In this document: piece after piece, positions 30,711 to 39,503 of the stretch
How the letters are laid out: each line of letters begins with the position of its first letter
Position numbering within the stretch: the stretch's first letter is position 1
Assembly: GCA_965222375.1 (NCBI GenBank)
Contig: CBDCTZ010000004.1
Coordinates: forward strand, 13,435 to 77,434
Direction: 5' to 3'
DNA: 64,000 bases
DNA from: Polyangiaceae bacterium
GTDB lineage: Bacteria; Myxococcota_A; Polyangia; Polyangiales; Polyangiaceae
Translations under genes and position numbers: made by a program
The notes under the pieces: generated by a model
Told to the model about the DNA's origin: nothing
The model's database searches: none
The model's input: only the letters and a program-made list of their open reading frames with translations

Positions 30711-31217
30711 CTAGAAGATGAACGCCTCGGCGTTGGCCAGTTCCATTTGGCCCTTGGCGACGTCAACCGACACAAGCCACGGCTCGGCTAGGGGTTGCTC
30801 CGCCCGCCTGCCGTCCGAGAGCTCAATCACGACGCTATCCACGGTCGCGTGACTCAGTACCTCGACGACCTTACCCAACTCGGCCCCTTCGACCTGTACG
30901 CTGAGCCCCACCAGATCGCACAGGTAGTACTCCCCGGGCTCCAATGCGGGAAGTTCGTCTCGAGACGCTTCGACTCGACAGTCACGCAGGCGCTCGGCTG
31001 CGTCGCAATCATCCACTCCCCGGAGCTTGAGCAAGTAGCCCTTGCCAACCCTACGCGCAGCCTCGAGGGCGTACGTGGCTCGCCGCCCCTGTCCGTCCAC
31101 CACGTCGATGTTGCGCAGCGAGCCGAGGGAGTCACTTTGGTCCCAGTGCAGGCGCAGCTTCACCTCTCCGCGCAGGCCGTGCGGCTTGGTGATCTTGCCT
31201 AACTCGATGGCAGTCAA
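30711..31217 (-). CDS. rimM: ribosome maturation factor RimM
   Basis: [23 protein letters not shown]; operon context. Confidence 0.93.
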   Translation of the reverse strand: MTAIELGKITKPHGLRGEVKLRLHWDQSDSLGSLRNIDVVDGQGRRATYALEAARRVGKGYLLKLRGVDDCDAAERLRDCRVEASRDELPALEPGEYYLCDLVGLSVQVEGAELGKVVEVLSHATVDSVVIELSDGRRAEQPLAEPWLVSVDVAKGQMELANAEAFIF

Positions 31218-31450
31218 TCCACGATGTCGAGGTGCGCGCGGCGGCCCAGCTTGGTAGACGCGGCCGTCAAAATCGTTCGCATCGACTGTGCGGTGCGACC
31301 GTCTTTGCCGATGACTTTACCGATGTCACCTTTGGCCACTTTGAGTTCGATGAGCGAGTTGTGGTCGCCCTCGATTTCGGTGACTTCAACGTCGTCGGGC
31401 TCGTCAACCAGCGCGCGCGCGATGGTAGCGATCAGTTCCTTCAGTGCCAT
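31214..31450 (-). CDS. khpA: KH-domain RNA-binding protein KhpA
   Basis: ALVDEP...GKVIGKDGRTAQSMRT; between rpsP and rimM; start at ATG 31450. Confidence 0.93.
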   Translation of the reverse strand: MALKELIATIARALVDEPDDVEVTEIEGDHNSLIELKVAKGDIGKVIGKDGRTAQSMRTILTAASTKLGRRAHLDIVD

Positions 31451-31557
31451 TCGTTCGAGAACTCCGGGTGTCGCTGGCGCGCTAGTGCGCCCGAGGGGGG
31501 TAAAAAAAGAGCGGGGAAAGGTCCGTGCGACGCCGTGTTTTCGCTTCTCGAGCCGCC

Positions 31558-31800
31558 TCAGGCCGTGGTGGGCTGGGGCCTCTTGAGAAGTTGCTCGACG
31601 GTAGCCGACGGCTTCGCACCGTGGCTGCGCCAATGCTCGACACGCTCCCGATTGACTTCGAGCTTCTCGATGCCCGGGTGGAACGTCCCGAGGTTTTCGA
31701 TGAACCTCCCGTCGCGGGGGTTTCGCTGGTCGGTTACGACGATTCGGTAGAAGGGCGACTTTTTGGTGCCGTGTCGGGCAAGCCGGATATGAACTGCCAT
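31558..31800 (-). CDS. rpsP: 30S ribosomal protein S16
   Basis: IRLARHG.KKSPFYRIVV.D.R.PRDGRFIE. Confidence 0.97.
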   Translation of the reverse strand: MAVHIRLARHGTKKSPFYRIVVTDQRNPRDGRFIENLGTFHPGIEKLEVNRERVEHWRSHGAKPSATVEQLLKRPQPTTA

Positions 31801-31899
31801 GATTCCTCAAAAAAATTCTGCTGCTGTGCGTGCGCCCGGACTTTCCGATAAACGGTAGCACCGCGGCTGACCAACGCCAGGGTCCGGAAGGGGGCCGGG

Positions 31900-31928
31900 A
31901 CTCTAGGGGAAGGGCTGGGACCGGTCAA
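31900..31928 (-). promoter_or_regulatory. putative sigma70 promoter of the rpsP operon
   Basis: TTGACC-N17-TAGAGT on minus strand. Confidence 0.65.
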
Positions 31929-32049
31929 GGCCGGAAAACGACCGCGCCAGGCCCCTCAGGGGAGCACGACGGGCACGGCCGCGCTTCGGGGTCGCTGGCA
32001 GGTTTTTCGGGTTCGTCATGCTCGAACTCCGTGACCCCATCGTGATACC

Positions 32050-32322
32050 GTGGTCGAGCCAATGGCCGCCGGGGAGCTCGACCGCGTAATCCAACAGGTG
32101 CTCACCCCCCTGCTAGCGTCAGACGGCGGCGAGGTTTACTTGGTGGAGGCGACCGTGGAGCGCGTGCACATGCACCTTGCAGGGCGCTTCGCTGGCTGCC
32201 CGGGAAACACTCTGGTCAAGAACCACGTGGTCGAGCCGGCAATCCACCGCGTGGCCCCCGACGCCGAGGTCGAATTGACCTCGGGAGCGATCATTCCTCC
32301 GGGCGCCCAGCGTATCAGCTGA
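32050..32322 (+). CDS. NifU C-terminal domain (Nfu-like) protein with incomplete CxxC
   Basis: PLLASDGGEV.LV...L.GRFAGCP. Confidence 0.75.
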   Translation: MVEPMAAGELDRVIQQVLTPLLASDGGEVYLVEATVERVHMHLAGRFAGCPGNTLVKNHVVEPAIHRVAPDAEVELTSGAIIPPGAQRIS

Positions 32323-32329
32323 GCAGCCG

Positions 32330-33199
32330 CTACTTGCGTCGGCGCTTCTTCTTCTTTTTCCTTTTGTCTTCCGGCGGCTTCGCGGGCTCGGTTTTGCGCG
32401 TAGCCAGCGCCACATCCTTGTCGAGAGCGTGGGGATCCGCGAGCTTGTTCTTGCGCATCGACCGCAGTTTCCTCCAAACGGAAGCATCCGCGTAGGCCAT
32501 GCCGATCGTCTTCTGATACTCACGATTGATGGCGCGAACGATGATCTTGCCGTCCGTCCAACGGGCCTCGGCGAAGTTGCGACCCTTAGCGTAGTCAGGC
32601 TCGATCATCTGCGGCGGCACGTCGCCGAATCGCTTCGTCAGGATCTTGATGGCATTCTCGAAGCTCGTGCCGTAGCGGCCACCTCGGCGCAGCTTGTGTT
32701 CGTCGTATACGAGCCAGAGCCTATTGTTGAAAAAGAAGAAGTTTCGCGTGGTGCCGCTACGTAGCGTCACCCGGGTCATGCTCTCGTTGTTGCCGTAGCT
32801 GTACTCGCCCTTGAGGGGGGACTGGTCGATCCCCGTGGGCAGGTTGCCGAAGTGAACCTTGCTGCGACGCAAGATGGACTTCTTCATCTTCAGCTCCGCA
32901 TCGAGAGCTGCCATCCGGGGTCCGGGGGAAGTCTTCTTGTAGAGTTTGACGAATTGCTTGTCGAAGACCTTGTCGTAGATCTTGGCGAGTCGCTGAAGAC
33001 TGATGCCCCAGGCAACCCCACGAGGGGACAGACCAATCCGCTTCTTCATGCGCGCTGGGCCAGTCGGGGCCGCCTTCTTCTTCTTTTTCGCCTTTTTCGC
33101 GCCCACTACGACGACCGGAGCCGCGTTGGCGGGGCTCGGCGCCAAGGCGCAAGCCAAAAATCCCGCACCAGCGAGCGTGAAAATGAACCGGAACTTCAT
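32330..33199 (-). CDS. hypothetical secreted, strongly basic protein
   Basis: GGAGG SD before ATG 33199, signal peptide ending PANA, poly-Lys/Arg at both ends. Confidence 0.8.
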   Translation of the reverse strand: MKFRFIFTLAGAGFLACALAPSPANAAPVVVVGAKKAKKKKKAAPTGPARMKKRIGLSPRGVAWGISLQRLAKIYDKVFDKQFVKLYKKTSPGPRMAALDAELKMKKSILRRSKVHFGNLPTGIDQSPLKGEYSYGNNESMTRVTLRSGTTRNFFFFNNRLWLVYDEHKLRRGGRYGTSFENAIKILTKRFGDVPPQMIEPDYAKGRNFAEARWTDGKIIVRAINREYQKTIGMAYADASVWRKLRSMRKNKLADPHALDKDVALATRKTEPAKPPEDKRKKKKKRRRK

Positions 33200-33238
33200 C
33201 GCTATCCTCCCGAAATTCTTCCCATAAGCGCGTTGCTG

Positions 33239-33254
33239 TGGCACGACGCTAGCA
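33239..33254 (+). promoter_or_regulatory. putative sigma54 (-24/-12) promoter
   Basis: TGGCACGACGCTAGCA vs consensus TGGCACG-N4-TTGCW (one mismatch). Confidence 0.45.
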
Positions 33255-33317
33255 TTGCATGAGCGGATGGCTCAAGCGGCCACCATCAGGCAATTAGACG
33301 GGCCACTCCCCAATTTC

Positions 33318-33866
33318 ATGGAACGAAGAGCTTTCCTTTATTTGGCGACTTTCAGTGCCTGGGGGCCCGGGTGTGGGCCAAAAGCGCCAACAGGCGCACC
33401 AAAAGCCCTGAAATACCCGGCCTATGGCGCCGCAGAAGCGGCCTTGTTCGGTGACACGATCGCACCAGACTTTCTTGGAGCGGAGCGTCAAGAACCGGTT
33501 GCCGAGGACGAATTCTTGGCGCTGCGGGTCGCCGAGGCGGACAGCGTGCTATCCGCGCGCATCTCCACCGTGAGCAGAGACTCCCGCGGCGGTGAGGGTG
33601 CCCACTACTCGCTCCGGGCCGTCATTGTCGGGCCGGCGCTGGCGGGTAGGAATGAAGCGGAGCCCGTAACACTACTGGTGCCTCCATCCAGCGCTTCCTA
33701 CACTTGGGTACGAGCCTTGGAAGCCGCACTGGTAGGTCGACCCCTGATTCTGTTCATGAAAAGATACAACGATGCGGGTTCAGCTCGAATTCACTGGCAC
33801 TTGGAACCGGACAACCTCCCTGTACGCATGGCGGTAGAACGCGCAAAACGCGAGGTAGGACGATGA
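33318..33866 (+). CDS. hypothetical lipoprotein, possibly Tat-exported
   Basis: MERRAFL twin-Arg-like motif followed by GPGC; ATGA overlap with map. Confidence 0.65.
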   Translation: MERRAFLYLATFSAWGPGCGPKAPTGAPKALKYPAYGAAEAALFGDTIAPDFLGAERQEPVAEDEFLALRVAEADSVLSARISTVSRDSRGGEGAHYSLRAVIVGPALAGRNEAEPVTLLVPPSSASYTWVRALEAALVGRPLILFMKRYNDAGSARIHWHLEPDNLPVRMAVERAKREVGR

Positions 33867-34687
33867 GGCACGGACTCGGCTTTCGGACTGGCACTGTGGA
33901 AATCAAGACAACGAAGGAAATCGACGCGATGCGCGAAGTCGGGCGCCTCGCCGCAGAGACCCTGTGTCGGGTGGGGGAAATGATACGGCCCGGACTCACG
34001 ACCCAGGAAATCAACGCTTTCGTCCATGCCGACACCCTCCGGATTGGCGCGCAGCCGGCTCCCCTGAACTACCGCGGTTTCCCCAAGAGCGTATGCACGT
34101 CCGTCAACGAGGTCGTCTGCCACGGAATTCCTGGGCCCTACGTGCTCAAAGACGGCGACATCATCAACGTCGACGTGACTCACATCTTCAACGGCTTCCA
34201 CGGCGACACCTCCGCCACGTTCTATGTCGGCAAGCCGAACGACGAGGCGATTCACGTGACAGAAGTTGCCCGCAGAAGCCTCGAACTCGGGATCGCCCAG
34301 GTGAAGCACGGCTCGCGATTAGGCGACATCGGCGCCGCGATCCAGGAGTTCGCTGAGAGCAAGGGTTGTTCAGTCGTTCGGGATTTCGTGGGTCATGGCA
34401 TTGGACGGACCTTTCATGACGAACCCAAAGTCAGTCACGTCGGTCGCCATGGGCGCGGGGTGAGATTGAAAGCCGGAATGACCTTCACCATCGAGCCCAT
34501 GATCAACGTTGGCGGCTGGGAGGTGAAGGTCCTGGACGACGACTGGACCGCCGTGACCGTGGATGGCGAGCTGAGCGCTCAGTTCGAGCACACCATCCTC
34601 GTGACCAGCGACGGGTGCGAAATCCTCACTTCGCGAAGCGCCAAGCTTGAAAATAGCGAGCTTTATCCAGCCTACTTCGACCGCTAG
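33863..34687 (+). CDS. map: methionine aminopeptidase type I
   Basis: FPKSVCTSVNEVVCHGIP, HGDTS, GHGIG..FH, FTIEPMIN, SAQFEHT. Confidence 0.97.
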   Translation: MRHGLGFRTGTVEIKTTKEIDAMREVGRLAAETLCRVGEMIRPGLTTQEINAFVHADTLRIGAQPAPLNYRGFPKSVCTSVNEVVCHGIPGPYVLKDGDIINVDVTHIFNGFHGDTSATFYVGKPNDEAIHVTEVARRSLELGIAQVKHGSRLGDIGAAIQEFAESKGCSVVRDFVGHGIGRTFHDEPKVSHVGRHGRGVRLKAGMTFTIEPMINVGGWEVKVLDDDWTAVTVDGELSAQFEHTILVTSDGCEILTSRSAKLENSELYPAYFDR

Positions 34688-34755
34688 GCGTTCCCACCTG
34701 CTGCTTCCGCCGCCCTTTCGCGAAGATATTTAGCGCCGACATGCCACCAGCAGGC

Positions 34756-34785
34756 TTGACGGATCCGCTCGCGCGCGACTAGCTT
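34756..34785 (+). promoter_or_regulatory. putative sigma70 promoter of the Fic-like gene
   Basis: TTGACG-N18-TAGCTT. Confidence 0.55.
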
Positions 34786-34861
34786 CGGCAAGCCTTTTGG
34801 AGGGGTGGTGGACTACCCCAACCCTCCTAAGCTAAGGCACCGAAATCCTTCAGAAGACGGC

Positions 34862-36610
34862 ATGCCGCTTATGGCCGCCCGCAGCAAGAAAAAGCCCGCC
34901 CGCAAAAAGGCCACCGCAAAGAGGGCCACGAGAACCGCTCGCTCGAAGAAAAAATCGACGCGGCGCGTTAAAACGCGTGCCAAGAAATCCAAGGCGAAGC
35001 CGAAGAAGTCGAAGGCCAAGGCGCGACCGAAGACGAGGGCGAGGGCCAAGCCCAAGAAAAGCAAGGCCAAGGCGCGCGCCAAACCCAAAACAGCCCGTAA
35101 GCCCGCGCGGCGGGTGGTCAAGAAGAAGACCAAGGCGAGCGCCAAGAAGTCAGCGCGAGGCAAGCTGAGTAAAGCTCAGTTAAAAGCGCAGCAGAATCGG
35201 GAGCGCGCCGCCAAGCAGCGCGAGAAAGAGCGGCTGCGCAAGGAGAAGGAAAAGCTGCGCGCCCAAAAGCAGCGAGAACGCGAGCGCGCCGCGAAGGAAA
35301 AAGAGAAGGCGCGCGTCAAGAAGCAGCGCGAAAGGGAGCGCGCCCGAATCGCCAGGGAGCGCGAGCGGGAAAAGGCGCGGAAGCTCAAGGAAAAGGAAGC
35401 CGAGCGAAAGGCCAAGGAGGCCGAACGTGAGCGTATCCGCAAAGAGCGGGAAGCGGAGCGAGCACGCCGCGAGGCAGAACGGGAGCGTCTACGCGAGGCT
35501 GCGCGCCGCGCGAAAGAAGCAGAACGCGCCAAACGCGAGGCTGAACGCGAAGCCTACCGTCAGGCCAAAGAGGCGGAGCGGGAAAAGCTGCGCAAGGACC
35601 GGGAGGCCGCCAAGCGTGCTCTCGAAGGGCGCGTCGCTCAGGCCACCAAGCGCGCCCAGCGCGTCGCTGGAGTTGGGGGTCGTGGCGCGACGACTCGAGT
35701 CTATCGACCGGATGCAATCCCGAACCAATCCGGGACTCGACGGCAAGCCGGTCAAGGCGAAGCCCTGCTTCGACCGCGAGTCTTCGAAAACATTCCGCCG
35801 CCGCCACCTCCACCGCCGCCACCTCCTCCTGTTCCGGTAGTGTCCGAGAAACTGGACGAGCGCTATGCGGTGGTCCGGGAGCGACTCGAGAAGACGGCAG
35901 CGTCCTTCCGCAGGGAATACGCCGAGAGCTTGGACATGTCGTGGATCTATCACGACAGCGCTCTCGAGGGCGTGGTTTACACTTATCAAGAACTGAAGAC
36001 GGCGATAGATCCGAATATCACGGTGGTGCCCGATTCAAGTCTGCAGCCGGTCTGCGAAGAAATCCGGCGACACAAGGCCGCTCTCGACTTGGCCCGAGAC
36101 CTGGGAGAGAAGAAGCGTGCGACCATCAACGTCGACTTGATCAAGAAGCTCTACCTGGTGCTGCACCCCGACGACGGGGATTTGAAGAGCGTCAAGTACC
36201 GCAAGGACATCCCGCAGCACCGGTTGTACTTCCACGAGTACGCGCCGCCGGACAAGATCGCGTATCGAGTGCGCCAAGTGGCGGATTGGATCAACGGACC
36301 CGAGCCCAAGAAGCTCAAGGACCCCGTGCGCATCGCGGCCAGAGCACACTACGACTTGTTGCGCGTCTTTCCCTTTGCCCAAGACAGCGGAAAAGTCGCG
36401 CGGCTGTTGATGAACATCCTGCTCCTACGCGCGGGCTATCCCCCCGCGATCATTCACTCGACGGAGCGGCAACGCTACTACGACGCGCTCAAGGGTTCAC
36501 TTCCGACGATCATCTCGATGGTTCGGGAGGCGATGAACAACGGTACCGCTAGCATCGAGAAGCGCCTGGACGACTGGCAAGCTTCCTCCAGAGGCTTCAC
36601 AACTCAGTAG
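34862..36610 (+). CDS. Fic/Doc-fold protein with degenerate active site, histone-like and coiled-coil N-terminus
   Basis: WIYHDSALEG, AARAHY..L.VFPFAQDSGKVARLLMN, AGYPPAII...R.RYY.AL; start 34862 or 34871. Confidence 0.85.
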   Translation: MPLMAARSKKKPARKKATAKRATRTARSKKKSTRRVKTRAKKSKAKPKKSKAKARPKTRARAKPKKSKAKARAKPKTARKPARRVVKKKTKASAKKSARGKLSKAQLKAQQNRERAAKQREKERLRKEKEKLRAQKQRERERAAKEKEKARVKKQRERERARIAREREREKARKLKEKEAERKAKEAERERIRKEREAERARREAERERLREAARRAKEAERAKREAEREAYRQAKEAEREKLRKDREAAKRALEGRVAQATKRAQRVAGVGGRGATTRVYRPDAIPNQSGTRRQAGQGEALLRPRVFENIPPPPPPPPPPPPVPVVSEKLDERYAVVRERLEKTAASFRREYAESLDMSWIYHDSALEGVVYTYQELKTAIDPNITVVPDSSLQPVCEEIRRHKAALDLARDLGEKKRATINVDLIKKLYLVLHPDDGDLKSVKYRKDIPQHRLYFHEYAPPDKIAYRVRQVADWINGPEPKKLKDPVRIAARAHYDLLRVFPFAQDSGKVARLLMNILLLRAGYPPAIIHSTERQRYYDALKGSLPTIISMVREAMNNGTASIEKRLDDWQASSRGFTTQ

Positions 36611-36645
36611 CTGGTCGCGGGCCGTTCCGCTCGCGTCTCCCAGCC

Positions 36646-38010
36646 CTAGCCGAGCTCAGCACGAGAAACGCTGTCCCAACCGGTTGCGACACCGAGCTTG
36701 GCGACGGCAACGTTGTAGTCGAAGACTGCTGACATATATGCGAAGCGCTTCAAGGCGTACTCCTTCGCCGGGTCGACGATGTCTTCGTCTTCGAAGGTGC
36801 CAATGTCGATGCCTTGCTGGACCTTGATCAGCCATTGTTTGGCAAGCTTCAGCGAGCGCTTCTGGGCGTCCAATCGCTTCTTGGCACTGCGGGCCTCCGC
36901 AAACGCCTCTTCAACCTCGACGGCAACGCCGCCGGTGGCGTAGCGCTCGGTTGCCCGCATCTCCTCTAGCTTGGCCTCGGCCTGGGCGAGACGAGCAGAC
37001 TGCGGCAGGAAGTCTAGCTTCCAGCGCAACACCAGCGCGGCTCCGTAGTGGAAGTAGTTGCCGGGATCCTTCACGTAGGGATTGGTTTGATCCGTGACCT
37101 CCGGCGCCCGGGCCCACTTGGCGCTCAGACCAAGACCCAGATCTGGGTAGTAGCGAGCCTTCTCAAGCCGAACTTGGGCGCGGCGCGCCTGCACTCCAGC
37201 CCGTGCCATGTTGATTTCCGGGCGAAATAGCTGGGCGGCCTTGAGATAGCGGGGCAACGGCCCCAGGGAGTGAGGGTGGCGACGCAAGGGTTCATCGGGA
37301 ATGTCGAAGGCACCCCGCACGCCCGTGAGAAAACGCAGGCCGGCGAGGGCAACGCGCTCCTGGCGCTCGGCTTCACTTTCCTTCACTTCCAAGTCGGCGC
37401 GGTGCATCTTCAACTTGATCAGTTCGATATCGTCCCCGTCGCCGTCTTCGACTCGCTTGCTCAGTCGACCGATGTACTTGTCGATCCGAGACTTGGCGTC
37501 GCGTATGAGCAGCAATGAGTCCCGGGACAGCTGGGTCCCATAGTAGGCGCGCCGAACGGATAGCTGGACTTGATTCTTCTCTTTCTTGACCTCGTGCTCC
37601 CCAACCCGGATCTGCGCATCCGCAGCATCCCAGAGGTTGGAGATCTTGCCGAAGGTCCACAAGGGAACGGCACCCTCGATACCAACCTGCCAGGCCAGCG
37701 CCATGTTCGAGGTCAACGACGCGTCGGTGTTGGGGCTATACACGCTGGTGCCACGCACCGTCGGCGCTGGGCCTATTCCCGCGATCAGGGAAAACTCACT
37801 GTAGGGCTGCGTCTTCGCCTGCCACAACTGGGCCCGCTTGTAGCCAAGGCGAGCCTTGGCTTCGGCGACCTTGGGGTAGTTCTGCTTCGCCAGGCGCAAG
37901 CACGTGCGTAGGTCGTGCACGCGCCGGGTGCGGACTGGACGTTGGGCTTCGGCCACACTGGTCACCGCGAGTGAAACGGCTAGGCCCGCGGCGGCAATTG
38001 AGCGGCGCAT
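36646..38010 (-). CDS. TolC family outer-membrane efflux protein
   Basis: Signal peptide, VPLWTFGK, VRRAYY, RPEI, YYPDL, YNVAVAKL. Confidence 0.88.
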   Translation of the reverse strand: MRRSIAAAGLAVSLAVTSVAEAQRPVRTRRVHDLRTCLRLAKQNYPKVAEAKARLGYKRAQLWQAKTQPYSEFSLIAGIGPAPTVRGTSVYSPNTDASLTSNMALAWQVGIEGAVPLWTFGKISNLWDAADAQIRVGEHEVKKEKNQVQLSVRRAYYGTQLSRDSLLLIRDAKSRIDKYIGRLSKRVEDGDGDDIELIKLKMHRADLEVKESEAERQERVALAGLRFLTGVRGAFDIPDEPLRRHPHSLGPLPRYLKAAQLFRPEINMARAGVQARRAQVRLEKARYYPDLGLGLSAKWARAPEVTDQTNPYVKDPGNYFHYGAALVLRWKLDFLPQSARLAQAEAKLEEMRATERYATGGVAVEVEEAFAEARSAKKRLDAQKRSLKLAKQWLIKVQQGIDIGTFEDEDIVDPAKEYALKRFAYMSAVFDYNVAVAKLGVATGWDSVSRAELG

Positions 38011-38027
38011 CGGGCGCTACCCTACCA

Positions 38028-39503
38028 CTAGCGCTTGGGCGGGATCACTCCCGCTCGCTTGGCCACCCGGCGGAAGTTCGACCGATCTAGCCCGGCGATC
38101 CGGGCAGCTTCAGACACGTTGCCGTCCGCCCGGGCCATCTGTTTGGAGAGATAGGCAGCTTCGAAAGCCTCCAGAGCCCGCTGCTTGGCTTCTCGAAAGG
38201 GGAGGTCAAAGGCTGATTCCGGGAATCCGTCGCCTGGCCCAGACGCCGGCATGACCTGGGGAGACGCAGTCGCGCGAGGCAATGGGAGGTCTGCTGGGGA
38301 CAGCGTATCCCCGCTACAAAAGACCACCGCATGCTCGATGGCATTCTCAAGCTCTCGCACATTGCCGGGCCAGGCAAAGCTTTCGAGCACCTTCATGGCT
38401 TCAGGCATGATCGTGCGAATGTCCCGGCGCGCCCGGGACGCGTGCTTGCGCAGAAAGTGATACGCCAGTACCGGGATGTCTTGCTGCCGCTCCCTCAACG
38501 GGGGCAATTCGATGGCGACGACGTTTAGGCGATAGAAAAGGTCCTCGCGAAACCGACCTTGCTCGATTTGCGTTGCCAAGTCGACGTTCGTCGCGGCCAC
38601 TACGCGCACATCCACGACGCGCGTTTCGTTGGCACCGACTGGCTTGATCTCACCTTGCTGAAGGACCCGAAGCAGCTTGACTTGTGCAAGCGCAGGCAGA
38701 TCCCCGACCTCGTCCAGAAAGATGGTTCCCCCGTTCGCCGTTTCGAACAGGCCCTCGCGAGTGCTGGTGGCACCACTGAACGCACCCCGCATGTGCCCGA
38801 ACAGCTCGCTCTCGACGAGTTCCATGGGGATGGCAGAACAGTTGACCGCCACGAAGGGTGCGTCCCGGCGGCGTGAATGCTTGTGAATCGCGCGGGCCGT
38901 GAGCTCCTTGCCGGTTCCGCTCTCCCCCAGGATCAGGACCGTCGTCTCCGTGGGAGCCACGCCAAGCGCCAAGCGATAGACCTCCCGCATCCGGGCTGAA
39001 CCGCCTACGAGTTCTCCGAAACCTTCCGCCTGCTCGAGCCTCCGCTCGAGCAGCTCCGTGCGACTCACCAGGCGTCGATGCTCTGCGGCCTTTTGGACCG
39101 TGACCACGACCTCGTCATTGGATCGAAAGGGCTTCGTCAGAAAGTGGAACGCGCCGAGCCGCACTGTGCGCACGGCCGTCTCGACGTCTCCGAACGCCGT
39201 CATCACGATCATCTCGAGGTTGAGCCCTGAAGACTTCACATGCTCGAGTAGTTCCAGGCCACCCACGTTCGGCATCATCAAATCCACCAGGGCGACATCG
39301 AAGTCCTGGCTCGACAGAACCTCGATGGCCTGAGCGCCGTCCGATGCCGTCACCACACGCATCCCCCGTGCAAGAAGTAGCCGCGCCAGGTTGCGGCGCA
39401 GGGTAGGTTCGTCGTCTACCACCAGCACGTTGAGGGCGCGGTCGCTCTGAGGTCTTTCGTCCGCAGGCGGCGGGGGCGTCCCAGGCACCGTCGAGACGCT
39501 CAC
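38028..39503 (-). CDS. sigma54-dependent response regulator (REC-AAA-Fis HTH)
   Basis: [54 protein letters not shown]. Confidence 0.94.
   Translation of the reverse strand: MSVSTVPGTPPPPADERPQSDRALNVLVVDDEPTLRRNLARLLLARGMRVVTASDGAQAIEVLSSQDFDVALVDLMMPNVGGLELLEHVKSSGLNLEMIVMTAFGDVETAVRTVRLGAFHFLTKPFRSNDEVVVTVQKAAEHRRLVSRTELLERRLEQAEGFGELVGGSARMREVYRLALGVAPTETTVLILGESGTGKELTARAIHKHSRRRDAPFVAVNCSAIPMELVESELFGHMRGAFSGATSTREGLFETANGGTIFLDEVGDLPALAQVKLLRVLQQGEIKPVGANETRVVDVRVVAATNVDLATQIEQGRFREDLFYRLNVVAIELPPLRERQQDIPVLAYHFLRKHASRARRDIRTIMPEAMKVLESFAWPGNVRELENAIEHAVVFCSGDTLSPADLPLPRATASPQVMPASGPGDGFPESAFDLPFREAKQRALEAFEAAYLSKQMARADGNVSEAARIAGLDRSNFRRVAKRAGVIPPKR

Noticed and set aside
31451..31861. 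215-aa version of the KH protein overlapping rpsP
   Set aside because: KhpA homology starts at ATG 31450; upstream part is non-homologous open frame
34880..35640. Repetitive purine-rich DNA as CRISPR or satellite array
   Set aside because: Explained by K/R/E/A codons in one open frame; no fixed repeat-spacer period and no cas genes
38770..38800. GAFSGA instead of GAFTGA as sign of an inactive activator
   Set aside because: Conservative variant seen in other enhancer-binding proteins; all other motifs intact
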